In this document: piece by piece, positions 49,525-62,156 of the stretch
Numbering within the stretch: position 1 is the first letter of the stretch
Layout of the letters: each line of letters starts with the position of its first letter
Source: Hydrolagus colliei
Taxonomy: Eukaryota
Assembly: GCA_035084275.1 (NCBI GenBank)
Contig: CM068751.1
Location: 7,502,001-7,566,000 of the forward strand
Direction: 5' to 3'
DNA: 64,000 nucleotides
Notes under the pieces: generated by a model
Told to the model about the DNA's origin: nothing
What the model saw: the letters and a program-made list of their open reading frames with translations, nothing else
Database searches by the model: none
Translations under genes and position numbers: made by a program

Positions 49525-50133
49525 GAACTATGATTGGAGCAATTTCCATTATTTCAACCACATACGAGTATAAGGAATGGATAATGAATGGGACTTAAGC
49601 ATCTTAAATCTTTTACTGTAACTATTAATGGACCAAAATGTGAGAGTCAGTAATGTCAGTAATGCAATATATTCTAACTTTAACTTTTTTTGAATGTTTT
49701 ATGATCAGAAATGAGATGCAAGCATTTTAACTGAAAAATCAGAAATTCTAATAAGTAGAATAACTGTTCCATTTGATTTTTATCGCACAAAGTCTATCTA
49801 CATTTGGTTATATTTTGCTGTTCCCCCCCACCACCCCCCTCCATTTTCTTGTTTAAGTGGCCTTTCTGCCTATATATGAACACAAAATGTCAGTAGCTAA
49901 TCGTGTTCAGAAGGCAGCCCAATCAGACAGGATAACATCCATAATCAGGTACTTTCCTGTATACCATCAGAAACAAGAGCCTGGGCTATTTTCCCCTCTC
50001 TACTGTCTATGTGGCTTTGAGTTACAAACGATGGTGTGGTTACCATTGATCTATTGGGAGAGTCCATTTTAGTGTCTGAGAATTCATAGCTGCTCCTGAA
50101 TTATGGTTCCAGCACTCAACCAGCACTCAATTG

Positions 50134-50535
50134 TAATAATGATCCTTGCATTTGATATACAGTAACACTTTTCACATCTTCTGGATGTCTTAAAGAGCTA
50201 ACAATCCTTGCATTTAATATAGCGCTTTTCACATCTTCCAGACATCTCAAAGTGCTTCACAGAATATACTGTAAAGTGAACTGACTATATTTGTGGGCAA
50301 AACGCGGCAGCCAATTGCGCACAGCAGTGTCCCACAAACAGTTGTGGTTTGAAATGACCAATTTATTATAGTTTTTTTTATGGATGGATTATGATTAGGC
50401 GTGTGGAGTAAGGAAATTTGCCCAAGGTTTCGCCCTGACCTGCCTGGATTCAAACACAGGTCTCACGCTTGTAAGGTGAGTGCTCTAACCACTGAGCTAC
50501 TTTAAAGTGAATTGACTGTATCCTTGTGGGTGAAA
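50134..50535 (-). mobile_element. SINE family A full-length copy (50199-50500) flanked by pieces of a second family A tail
   Basis: Tail piece 50134-50198, near-complete copy, then taaagtgaattgactgta...tgtgggtgaaac at 50503-50535. Confidence 0.88.
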
Positions 50536-52104
50536 CTTCAAGAATAAACAACCTTGAAATAATTTCAGAATTCATTACTGGGCTAAGTTATGTTTGTTTT
50601 GAAACAGCTCGGGACAGGCAGAATACCATTTTTAAATTAAACATGTTGGTGGTCACGCGTGGTAAAGCCAGGCATTCAGAACTCTATAACGTTAAGAAAA
50701 CTTATAATGTGCCAACAAATGCATTATCAAATTAGTAAAACATTGAAAGTTTCAGAAACTTGATAATAGCACTTGTCTCGTTAAGAAATTCATCAAGAAA
50801 TAGTGCAAATGAAGTGTGATGTATAGTGTGTTGCGCATGTGTCAAAACTAGGAGAGATCAAACTTTCCTGAATATCAATGTCCTGTAACCAGTAACAATG
50901 ACAATTGCTGCGAGATTAATGGTTTGATCATTTGAAAATCCAACTTTGACGGGCCAACAGAGAATCATCTGTGCTTGCGATTTCCAAATACGCTTGAAAA
51001 AATATTTGTTACTTTCTGTTCATGGAAATGAGAGCTCATTATCAGTCGCACGTACATAGTCATCTCTGGCGGATTATTGGTTCATTTAGCATAAGGTTCC
51101 AACCGGTGTATGTTATATGAATTCAGCACAACAGTCCAACCTCTTACTCGCTCTCAATCTATGAAACAAAATGTAGCTATATTTAATGTGCAGTGAAGGA
51201 ATTTAATCCTGTAAAAAATAGCAAAATGCTTTTTGCAGACAAATCCATTTACAGACATCATCAACTATGTGTATGAAAATTTGCATTAGAAATTCCAGTC
51301 ACTGTTGTGGCCTTTTTAACGCTAATAAATTTCTCTATAATTTCAGTCACACTGTGAAATGGCATCATTACATCCCACAGGGTACAGAACCAATTATTAG
51401 AACTCTATGAAAAATTCTATGTGACAAAAAAACTTTCAATTTAACGTAATGTGATCTGCTGTAAATTACAAATTGTTAAACAAATGCCTGGGACAATAAA
51501 AATAACTATATTTCATCCAGTATATCCAAAGGCAAGGATCTATTTCATTATAAATCAGATAGCAGGAAAATTACACTGTGTATTGATGCCACAGGATTCC
51601 ACAGTCATGACTTTTAAGTCACCATAATGATTTTGATGAGTGTTTTTTTTGCATGTTTTTCAAATGGTGAGAATACTTTTGTTCAATGGACTAATGTCTG
51701 TGTTCATTACCTCCCACCAGGAAGACATAGCATTTGCTTGACTGGGTTCTTTGAGTTTTACTTGTTTCCAACCTTCCTACGCTATAGCCATAAATTATCT
51801 TAAATGATCAGAAATCAGTACCTACAGGCCCGAAGATGAACTGATTACATTTTCAGCGCAAACAGTGTGTTCTTTCTTAAGATATTGCAAATTATCATTA
51901 TTATTGTTATTAATTCAGATTCTAAAAAAGCTTTCAGCTTCAGTTCATTTTCACCTTCTCCATATCACCTACATCCACCTGGATTCCTTATCTTATCTCA
52001 CTGTGTTTGAATGCTCGACGAAATCAATGAGCTTGGATAGTGAGAAATGGTCTAGAGGATATTGAGGGCCTTCAGTCAAACTTTATCGTGGCCTTATTTA
52101 ACCT

Positions 52105-52296
52105 AGTAATAATAATAATAATAATCCTTGCATTTGATATATAGCTTTTCACGTCTTATTGACGTCTCAAAGCGCTTCACAGAATATACAGTAAAGTAAA
52201 TTGATTGTATATTTTGTGGGTGAAATGCGGCAGCCAATTGCACACAGCAGTGTCCCACAAACAGTTGTGGATTGAAATGACCAATTTTTATTATTG
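52105..52296 (-). mobile_element. SINE family A, 5'-truncated
   Basis: Reverse tail and Deu-like core. Confidence 0.92.
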
Positions 52297-52590
52297 TAGG
52301 GCTGTATGTTGCAAACCTCCAATAAAAGATAAGTGAATAGCAAGAATCCTGGATGAATTTGCCCTTTGACATGTTGGATGCATTGAGAACAAAATGAACG
52401 ATAAAATAATACTCCCTCTTTTGTTTTTTCAAGGTGCTTAACCTTGTGATCTTATCTACAGTATCCACTAAAGCTATTAAATTGGTGCCTTACTGATGAA
52501 TAGTTAACTGCTTAAAGTCATGGTAATACCACACATTAGTGAACCAATTCACGGTGTTTAGGAATGGTGAGTTATGGATGTATATGGTTT

Positions 52591-52720
52591 TGTTGGGACA
52601 CTGATGTGTGCAATTGGCAGCCGCATTTCGCCCACAAATATACAGTCAATTCACATTGCAATATACTCTATGAAGCGCTTTGAGATGTGTTGAAGATGCG
52701 AAAAGCGTTACATCCATTAT
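52591..52720 (+). mobile_element. SINE family A, 3' half
   Basis: tgggacactgatgtgtgcaattggcagccgcatttcgcccacaaatatacagtc. Confidence 0.88.
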
Positions 52721-53114
52721 TCTTCCTATGCCACTAAACTGCCATTCTTAATCATGCTGCCATAGTGCTGCTAGGCATCTGGGCACTTGTACACTGGGGA
52801 GAGGTGGTGGAGAGGTGGAAATTGCAAGAGGGAATTATCATCAAGCTGCTCTTTAATACCTCACAACAGCACTGGCAGAAATCCCAAAGCAGATCACCCA
52901 CACATTCCAGCAGCCACAAAGGTTACACAACAGAAGCCATGGCCGCATAAATTTTCCTACCCGCTTTTCAATTGAATTCTTCCAAATAGTTTTTGGAATC
53001 GTGTAGTTAATATCCATTCACGTTTAAAGCAATGAAGCGTTGTTAGTGCCGAATTAAAATGAAGCTGTCGACTGTTTATATCTTTTGTTGGTTCTCACTT
53101 CATTAGTGGAATTA

Positions 53115-53335
53115 AAAGGTAGTTTTTCACCCAAAGGGTAGTGAAAATCTGGAACTCTCTCCCCCAAAGGCTGTGGATACTGGATCCATTCACATTTTCG
53201 AGACGGCGTTGGTTGGATATTTGTTTTGGTCAGAGATTAAGTGATCCAGGCCAACGGCGGGCAAATGGGCTTGAGGTACAGATCAGCCATGATCTTATAC
53301 AATGACGGAACCGGCTTGAGTGGCTCCTGTTTCTA
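53115..53335 (+). mobile_element. CR1 LINE 3' fragment
   Basis: FTQRVVKIWNSLP motif, then the 3' UTR gaggtacagatcagccatgatct. Confidence 0.85.
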
Positions 53336-53654
53336 TATTTTATTTGTCAATCAAGATACTGCGACTCTCCAACATCCCTTTATTTATTGTTAAAGAAGGG
53401 AGTGTGCGATACACGTTCTGTGATGTCTGTGGGTGGACCTGAGCAATTGAAACTAAACTTTGCCTTTCCTGGAAAATAAACAAATTGTTATATCCACATT
53501 AAAAAATATATTCTTGAGTATTATTTACAATATTTACGAGTGATTTGGTCAATAGTTTTCAGAATACTCTCAGGTGCTATTGAAAATGTCTGGTGACTTA
53601 AGTCGGGATCCAATTAGGTCTGATTTCAAATATTTTTCCAGGGCTTGTTGCAGT

Positions 53655-53710
53655 GTCCTCCCGACATGAAAGGCCGTTTAGAAATGTAATTTGTTATTGG
53701 TATTGTTGTT
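53655..53710 (+). mobile_element. L2 3' tail
   Basis: gtcctcccgacatgaaaggccgtttagaaatgtaatttgtt. Confidence 0.7.
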
Positions 53711-53711
53711 C

Positions 53712-53915
53712 TGATCTCTTGCTGATCTCAGATGAGGCAGCATTTGGAGATATACAAAGGCCCCGCTGTTTCGGTTTGGATGTTGGAAAGATGCCGTTTG
53801 GAAGGTGAAAATCAGTCTGGTTCCCGACTGTTGGAAAGAGATGCACATGTATAAAAGTCGAATGAGGACAGAATCAATTTAGCTGTAATGGCTATTGTGG
53901 TCGAGCAGCTTTGTA
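53712..53915 (+). mobile_element. Old SINE family C fragment
   Basis: gctgatctcag...aaaatcagtctggttccc...tgaggacagaatc...tggtcgagcagc. Confidence 0.55.
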
Positions 53916-54247
53916 TTTAGTATATGCAGCTTGATCAAAGACTATTAGACCAGCCCAGAGTTTATGTTTGGCAAAAGGGAAATACGTTACTGCAAAGCAA
54001 CAGTAACTACTTTCCCATACTGAGCAATGGCCTGAACATATTATTGTTTTTAAATAGAAATTAAGAACACAAAAGGTGCTGAAGGTTATCTTGGGATTAC
54101 AAAATGCGAGGAATAAATCATATCAACATAAGTGTGCTGCACCTTGCTGACTCCAAACAGCTGGAAATCAACAGGAGATTAGAATCTGAGTTGAAATAAC
54201 AATCGTTTACATAAACCCTGCAAGCGGACTTCGGCAGTCAACCATTC

Positions 54248-54288
54248 AACCTTTTTACCTTTCGCCCAAGGCGAAAGGTAAAAAGGTT
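54248..54288. repeat. Perfect 19-bp inverted repeat with a 3-nt loop
   Basis: aacctttttacctttcgcc-caa-ggcgaaaggtaaaaaggtt. Confidence 0.95.
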
Positions 54289-55032
54289 AGCGAGATCTTG
54301 CGCGTTTTCTCTTATGAATCCTGGCTCTATTCCCTATCGCACTGATTGCCCTATAACTCTGCCAAATCTTCTTGTGGAGGAATGTTAGATTACAGCACAC
54401 ATAGGAAATCTTTATTAACCAGTGTCATTTGTTTCCTGAGTTAACTTCAGACCAGAGTTTAAATTTGCGTTTTATTTTACGGACATCAATTTATGTTGTG
54501 TTTATACATCAGGGCATGCAATCGCTCGCTCATGTCCTGGCAATACAACAATGCGGAGGGAGCAGTCTGATTTGTATATCCTGCCTGAGGCGAACATCTA
54601 GGATTTGTCAAAGACAACCACAAAATGTTTAACAGAGGTGAGGGTACGGACCTGTTAAACATCACTTTAAACAGGAACTGAAAACAAAATCAAGCATCAA
54701 ATGTTGGTGACAAATTGCTGCCAGAAAAGCAAATAGTTGCAAGCAATTCTGAAACAAAAGCATCGTACAGTATTCGTGTATAAGACTCCATTCCAACAAT
54801 CCTTCCCTGGAATTTCCATGTATAGATCGGATGGATGACATTATTAGTTTGGTTTGGAAACTCTTAAGTATGGTGATAGGTTTGTGCATGTGCCAGAAAG
54901 CCCATCTGACCAATAAAAGGTTTATGATAGCAGTTAGAGTAATACACTAAGGAAACATTGTCACATAAGACTAGTGAATGGGATATGGTGTACTGTATTG
55001 GAATTTGAAGCGTAGATTAGGATTCCATATTC

Positions 55033-55082
55033 AACAACAAAATTACATTTGTATAGCGTGACATCAGGAGGACGTCCCAGGT
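55033..55082 (-). mobile_element. L2 3' tail
   Basis: caacaacaaaattacatttgtatagcg...acatcaggaggacgtccca. Confidence 0.8.
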
Positions 55083-55444
55083 CAGTTGCCCACGCTTCAT
55101 GAATGTGATATAGGACTGATGTGGGCCTGAATCTATCAGTACTTACTGGGTCGGATCTGAAAATTGACCTGATTTTTAGCATTCAGGATCAAAATTCTAC
55201 ACTACAGCTGTATTGGCATATTTGTCACTTTTATGTAGATGAATTGCCTCGTTAAGGTAGTTAAGCGCCATTAAACTCTTGTAATTGGGCAGGCGTTCAG
55301 CTGAGCAGCCCTGCTGTCTTAAGTAATAGCCATGTACCATGGCCAAGAACCACAGTGGAATTTCAGACATTGACACAATGACATTGAACAGGGTTTAAAA
55401 TGTCACGACAACCAACGTTTCGGACTCATTCCAAGAACCACAAG

Positions 55445-55684
55445 CATGTCCCTCACATCACTCCACTCCTTGTTGATGTCCACATCCACCAGGACAGAAT
55501 TTGTCGCGCCTCATAAGACCCTCCTCTTCAACCGTGCCTTCAATCACCCTCCTGCCCCTACTCTCCCCGCCTCCCACTCCTCCTGATCCCAACCACCAAT
55601 TTGGGAGCGGATCGCCGATAGTGCAGTGCTTTGGGACGTACGTCCTCCTGACGTGAAAAGTGCTATACAAATGCAATTTGTTGT
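55445..55684 (+). mobile_element. L2 3' fragment
   Basis: taagaccctcctcttc (KTLLF), pyrimidine-rich UTR, ttgggacgtacgtcctcctgacgtgaaaagtgctatacaaatg. Confidence 0.8.
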
Positions 55685-56387
55685 GGAAGCAGTTCTGGTT
55701 TGCTTATTCAGCAATCCCTTCGTAAATCATTGCACACGGGGCACGAGTATCACCTAGCATTAAGGATAAATGGGATTAAAGCCTGGATTTTCCTGACGTG
55801 AAGATGGAATTCCTTGCTCCAAGCCCCAGTTTCAGCGAATTGACATTTTGGAAATGGATACAGTACATTTTCGTGGAGCAGCAGTTATTCTGCCCTGCCT
55901 GCTACATGTGGGGAATTGTTCATTGTGCTCTTATGATGAAAAATCCCATTAAAAGCACTCGCATCGAATGATTTGCTACACATGGGGAACCAAGCAGAAT
56001 AACCTCTTTAGAAACTGTTGTACAGTCAGGGCTGTTTTGACATTAATGAGGTGTAACAGCCAAATCAGATCCACAAGGGGGAACTAGATGAGATTATGAG
56101 CTTAACTATAATGAATCATCTATTATGGCATTATCTCCTTGGAAAAGTTACAACTATGGAAGGCATGTATAGCTCAAATAGCTGCGCAAATATTGTTCCA
56201 TTGTCAGCTTAGTTTTAATTCCCGTTAGAAATGAATTCTGTAAACGTGAGGGATTTCAACGAAATCAAATTGCAAATAGCCTGCAGATTCATGTAGGAAT
56301 AAAGTCCGGATGGGTGAAATGCCAGAGCAAAAAGTCAAAACCTTCAAGAGAGACGGAGAGAAAAAATTGGCACACAAAAGCTGTTAC

Positions 56388-56812
56388 TGTGTGTTAGCCT
56401 GGCTCTGTTTGGTAACACTCTTGTCGTGTGGGTTCAATCCCCAATGCGGGACTTTATAATAATAGAATAATCTTTGAATTTCATCAACTTTGAATTTGTT
56501 TAGTCTAGGCTAACACTCCAGTGCAGTGCTGGAGAAGTGCCGCATTGATGGAGATGCCATCTTTCAGGTGAAGCATTAAACCAAAGTCCCTTCTGCCTGT
56601 TCAGGTGAACAGTAAAGATCCTGTGACACTAATCAAAAAGGGAATGGAGTTTCTCCAACAGACCCCCAATTAAAACTGGTCATGAACTTCACAACTGTTT
56701 GTAAATTGGCTGCTGGCTTCATGGAGGAAACAAATACCCAATCAATACTCTATACAGTGTATCCCATGAAGCACTTTGAGACATCCCCTCAATGTCAAAG
56801 GCACTACAATTT
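56388..56812 (+). mobile_element. SINE family B (SacSINE1/Deu-like)
   Basis: tRNA-like head tggctctgtttggtaacactcttg..tgtgggttcaatccc, ctaggctaacactccagtgcagtgctg, ttaaaccaaagtccc, aaattggctgc, L2-type tail. Confidence 0.7.
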
Positions 56813-58584
56813 AGAAAATGTCGGGATTTACATTAAACCGGGAGCTTTGGGCTGATAACAGTTAGTACAGTGCAGGCTGAGCACTCTTGAGTTAAAAGGT
56901 AATGTTCTCTTATTACCAAACCAGAGACTTGGAATATAAAATGAAGTACAAAATCAGAAATATCCAGCAGGACTGGCAACTTGATCACCCCTACAATTCC
57001 AGTAACACTGTCTTTGAAGAGCCAACGATGCATATAGAGTTATTATATAAGTGCTCAGTGCATATATGTTTTTCTTCAAATAAAAAAGGCAAGGTCAATT
57101 TACTGATAATATGTAACAAATTCATGATCTGATGTCATGTTCATTGCCACCATTGAGTGAATTTTTTTATGAACTGTAGTAACTAAACTATATTTTGGTT
57201 AAGAAGGATCATTATTCAAGAAAGTTCTTAACACACTTTTTTGTCACCTTCCAACCAAGGATTGTGAATGAAGTGCAACAGTTATATTAAAAAACATCAT
57301 TACTGGACCATTTTTCTCTGTGGCACATCTCCATGTGTATTTTAGCCCAAAGAAGTCAAACTTCTTTGACTTATCTCGTGATAATGGGCACTTCAATCGT
57401 TGAAGGCAGCGTTTGAATAGGTAGAGTTATGCAAATACAGATACAATTCTAATATTCTCTAGCATTTGGTGGATAAAATTTAATCTACCAAGCTAAACCA
57501 CTACATACTGTAGTTTGTTTAACAGCTTCACTTCTGTCATGTTTAAGAAGTCACTCACAGTGTCTGCACAACTTAGCATTAATTATGAAGCATTCATGAT
57601 TAAACCAAAATCAAACTGTTCAGAATTTCAGGTGGAAACTGTTGTATGTTCGAGTGGTCAAATTCAATGTGCGACTTTAATTTTCCATGTGTTTCAACAC
57701 TCTTAAAGAAGTCATCATAATCACAATTCAACCTGTGCTCTTTTAAAAAAGTTCACCTGATTGTACATTATTGGTCGTAAACCAAAATATGCAGGAAATT
57801 TCTTTACAGTAATAATTATCTTGGAATTATGTCTACAAAATACACTTTGCAGTACAGCCAGTGAGGTATTTGAGACGTCCTCCCGACGTGAAAGGCATCA
57901 TATCAAATGTAAAGATTTGTTTTTATTGGAAAAGCAATTTCAGCTGATATGAGAAGCACTCGCACAATGGCAACATGGGTCCTGGAATTTCTGACAGGTC
58001 ATTAGTGCTCTGGATAAGACTCCTAATAGATGATTAGAACTCTAGACAAGACCAGGCGAGTCATTCATTTATGCAGTAAAATAACTGTATCCATTGTGTA
58101 CAATATTACCTGAAGCGCTTCCTTTCACTTCTGTATTTATGTAATGGGCTGTAAAATGTGCACACTAAACAATCTTGATGTTGTCAATCAATCTGTCAGG
58201 TTCTGTAAACGTACGAAAGAAAAGAAAGATGCATGTCCTGGCTGGCAATTAATGTATTTATTTGTTGAACCGGATTAATGGCAACAACTTGACATGTTTA
58301 TTCAAAACAGTTTCTGGTAGCTCAATAGCGGATTTAAACAACCTGCAAGCTTTTGCGTTCGATCAAGCTTTTTAAACTCGCATATCAATGAACGGCTTAT
58401 TTCAAACATTCTATTGTGATTCAAAATCCCTTTGGTAAGCATCGTCACCAACAATCTTTTACCTTTTTGGGGAACAAAAATGTGAGTACAGTACTGTACG
58501 CTGTATTAATTATGCGTGTATCCAGGCTGCCCCGGGTTGACCTTGTCTTCTACAACCGGTTGATGTTCACGTCTAACTCGTGGA

Positions 58585-58678
58585 ATTCATAGAATCATAA
58601 AGTCTTATAGCACAGAAGGAGGTGAATTGGCACTTTGAGCCTGTGCTGGCTCTTTGAAAGAGCTATTCAAGTGGTCCA
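58585..58678 (-). mobile_element. CR1-type 3' tail
   Basis: catagaatcataaagtcttatagcacagaaggagg...gagcctgtgctggctctttgaaagagcta. Confidence 0.7.
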
Positions 58679-59194
58679 GAAAATATTTGCGAATCTATTT
58701 CCAGCGATTCCAAAAATTCCTCCCGAGTGATAGCCCTGGAGTAGCTTTCAAACTATTGCGCTGCACTCTTTGTTATGTTAATACTCGATGTGAAAAAAAA
58801 TTCCATTCTCTGAAATGTATTACAAGGCATTGATGCGTCAAGTGGCTGACGTTCAATAATCCTAAACTTACCGATGACAAATTCTAAACGATGTGGTTCA
58901 AATGACCGTTCGAAAAGATCGTGGACAAATCCAGTGGCGAGGCTAAAATATGTAAATGCGATGTATTGTACTTGTGGCGGGAAACATGGGCGCAATAAAA
59001 GGTGGTGTTCATTAGCAAAGGGTAGGAAAATAGATTTGAATGCAATTATTAACTGACTATTCACTGCAAGTAATCTATTCAATGCAAAGATTATGTCAAC
59101 AGGACTAACAGGATTCTTCTGCAATGCATTTGATTTTAAGGTGAGAGAAATTATTTTCGCACTGTGTGAAGGTTAGCGATAAGTTTAGAATAGC

Positions 59195-59305
59195 ATCTGC
59201 CGTTCTGGGCACGCTACCAGCAAAAGGGCTTTGATGCATTGGAGAGAATTCAAAGAGCAACTAGGATGATTCTGCGACTTAAAGCTTTAAGTCAGAAGGA
59301 TAGGA
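59195..59305 (+). mobile_element. CR1 ORF2 fragment
   Basis: FWARYQQKGFDALERIQRATRMILRLKALSQKDR resembles the CR1 post-RT motif. Confidence 0.75.
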
Positions 59306-59440
59306 CGTGTGTCCAAAAACGGTTTGAAACTTTTGCTTTGCCTTTTGTCTCATAAGGAATTGTCTTACTGTAAGTGTGAGGGGCAGGTTCCATTCTCGAA
59401 CCGAATATTCACCTGAAGCCGTTGTTACCATTGGTGATGG

Positions 59441-59577
59441 GCTGTGCACGAATGGCTGCCATTTTTCGCCCACAAATATACAGTCAATTTACTTTACGGT
59501 ATATTCTATGAAGTGCTTTGAGACGTCTAGAAGATATGAAAAGCAATATAACAACCGCAAGGGTTATTACTATTATA
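59441..59577 (+). mobile_element. SINE family A, 3' half
   Basis: ttcgcccacaaatatacagtcaatttactttac...gagacgtctagaagat. Confidence 0.88.
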
Positions 59578-60534
59578 ATATAAGTATAAAAGTAGTGAGT
59601 TAAGACAGATTGGTGACCTGAAAATGTATATCAATCATGTGATATATCACGTGGCAGAACTATAGTATTACCAGCTGTGTATTTTTCCGCACCCCACCCC
59701 TCCCCCCTCCCCCACCTCACAAAGTATCTCAGTGGAAAATCCTCTCTCTGGTATACATTATTTCATAATAACAACTCGTTAAATATCTCCAACTTGTTTC
59801 CTGACATATATCTGATGAGTTTTCCACACCGATGGTTTGCTGACCGTAAACAGGTTAGTTTGCGTCGAGAATGTAAACAGCAAAGGGTCGAGTTTCAAGA
59901 TTTCTCCCAAACTGACCTGATATAAAGCATATGTTGATTACTCCAAACAAACGCACATGTTGCACCAATTTTTATCTTCCCCCCCTCCACCCCCGCCCCC
60001 CGCCTCCCCCCGTACAGCAACTTTTGACATTCAGATCCACAGATGTTAGAGTTTTTCTTTGTTGATTTAAATTTTCTTTAATGTTGCGCAGATCGGATTT
60101 CAAAAAGGTGCCTCGTGCAACAAATAATGGTAAGAGTATACAATAACATTAGAGTGATGTGTTCACTGCAACCAAATATTGTAGGGGCAACTAACCTCAG
60201 TCAACCCAACTAAATTGAAAACAAGAGCTACCTGCATAAGGACAATCCGTCTGATTTGGCCTCGTCCTGCAAAATTACATTCCTAATGTACGTTTAGGGA
60301 ACTGATGAATAGCAAGTACAAAAGTGGGAAACATAAGAACATTAAGAGGTTCCAGGAATCAGTTCTCAAGCTTGTTCTCGTGAGCGGAATAAACTGCATT
60401 CCACTGGCTCCCATCTTACACATGTGTAGAAACTTAAAGAAACAATATTTATAGGTTAACGAACACGGGCACGCATTGTCCCTCATATTGTTTGAGTATC
60501 TTTCAGTCGCTTCAGCAATGCGTTTTCCTATCCT

Positions 60535-60750
60535 GCCTTCACAGAGGATATCTCAGAGGGGACTTTATGGAGGTATTGTGTAACACGTAAAATTGGGATT
60601 GAAAAAGTGAACTCAGAACAATACTTTTGATGCACAGGGCAATTTCAGGACCCAAATCAACTAGTATTTATTTATCCAGAGACTAAATAACGAACTGGAA
60701 TGCTAGGTAGGCTGGTCGAGGACATGACTCGGTTAAAAATAATTTGATGC
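60535..60750 (+). mobile_element. Old CR1 ORF2 C-terminal fragment
   Basis: ctcagaggggactttatggaggta (LRGDFMEV) and ccagagactaaataacgaactggaatg. Confidence 0.5.
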
Positions 60751-60916
60751 AGTGATGACAAGTCAGTAGAGTGGGTATTCTGGAAAAAGCAAGTGACTTT
60801 CTTCATCTGAATCAATCTTGCGATCTATTTATCCTATCAATGTGATTTGAATCAGGACAATATTGTAGTTGTGGAGTCTGGTATAAATACAAAACGTTTC
60901 CATGTCTTTGGTATGA

Positions 60917-61209
60917 GTTCAGTGGTTAGTGCACTCGCCCCACAAGCAAGATACCTGGGTTCGATTCCAGACAGGGCAAAACCTTGAACAAGTTTCCATA
61001 CTCCAGACGCTAGGTAATAATGCCTCAAGCAAAAAAACAATAATGAATTGGTCACTTCAATCCACAACTGTCTGTGGGACACTGCTGTGCGCAATTGGCT
61101 GCCACGTTACACCCACAAATATACAGTCAAATCACGTTACTGTATATTCTGTGAAGCGCATGTCTATAAGACGTGAAAAGTGCTATATCAAATGCAAGGA
61201 TTATTATTA
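60917..61209 (+). mobile_element. SINE family A, near full length (older variant)
   Basis: cagtggttagtgcactcgcc...gggttcgattcc head, core and tail. Confidence 0.9.
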
Positions 61210-61308
61210 CACTTAAGAAATGTTTTGAAATATCTTTGTATACAGGGTGCTGGGGAGAAGCACATCTTAAAATAAAATGTATGCTATTGATAATTTACTA
61301 GTGCTATT

Positions 61309-61450
61309 TACACTGCTGGGCGCAATTGGCTGTCGCGTTTTACCCACAAATATACAGTCAATTCACTTTACAGTATATTCTGTGAAGCGCTTTGGGACGT
61401 CGATAAGATGTGAAAAGCGCTATATCAAATGCAAGGATTATTATTATTAT
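61309..61450 (+). mobile_element. SINE family A, 3' half
   Basis: Core plus tail with (tta)n. Confidence 0.92.
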
Positions 61451-61792
61451 AACTGTATATTTCACTTTAAGGTATGTCTTATTGACTGAAGCTACTCGAC
61501 ACCAATATAACTTATGCAGTTTTATGCTGTGTTTAAGTATTTTAAAGCGGATATTTGTTTCAGCAGAGATAAGAGTTATTCCTGATAGACTATGATAGTT
61601 AGATAAACGTTTGGCCTAAGGCATGTTGGTGAGGAACAGACTTTGCTAGGAATGTATCAGGTTATAATAGCAATAATAATGTCCCACAAACAGCTATGAA
61701 GCGAATGATCCGTTTTTACCTGGAGGACTGTTCGCCGGGACATCCCAACAGTTGTAGCCAGTTCTTTCTTTCAACAACAGCAATAGAAAATT

Positions 61793-61921
61793 ATAATAAT
61801 AATAATAATAATAATAATAATCCTTGAATTTGATGAAGTGCTTTTCACATCTTATCGATGTCTCAACACGCTTCACAGAATATACTGTAAAGTGCATTGA
61901 CTGTATATTTGTGGGTGAAAT
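61793..61921 (-). mobile_element. SINE family A, 3' fragment
   Basis: Long (aat)n run then the reverse tail. Confidence 0.9.
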
Positions 61922-61965
61922 TACACTTGTAAAGCGCCCTCCAGACAGATTAGCATCCGACCTTT

Positions 61966-62043
61966 CACACACACATATAGATATATATATATATATAATA
62001 TATATATACAGGGTGAATATATATATATATATATATATATATA
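61966..62043. repeat. (CA)n/(TA)n microsatellite containing a duplicated cagggtgaat
   Basis: Read directly; cagggtgaat at 62009 and again at 62044. Confidence 0.9.
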
Positions 62044-62156
62044 CAGGGTGAATTAAAAAACCATGATACCATTGTAATGTCTAATAACTCCTAAAGGAAT
62101 TAGAATTTTTTTTAGTTAATAGGGTAGATGAAAAATAAAACGTTTTGGTCGCCCTT
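62044..62156. mobile_element. Miniature Tc1/mariner-like remnant
   Basis: TA|cagggtgaattaaaaaacc ... gttttggtcgccctt|TA; both ends resemble the TIR ending at 27781. Confidence 0.5.

Larger units (their letters stand above)
58205..60510 (+). mobile_element. Possible highly decayed Sola2-like DNA transposase relic, interrupted by CR1 and SINE insertions
   Basis: Ordered motifs: RKKRK(D)A..FW.LNS (~58210), LLRCTLC...FHSLKCITRH*C (from 58681), W.K*PFEKIVDKSSGEAK, EAVVTIGDGL (~59415), IRTLRGSR (~60335); judged by eye, with many stops. Confidence 0.4.

Noticed and set aside
50850-51060. Transposase-like peptide FFKRIWKSQAQMILCWP on minus
   Set aside because: Single short motif with no supporting cysteines or neighbours
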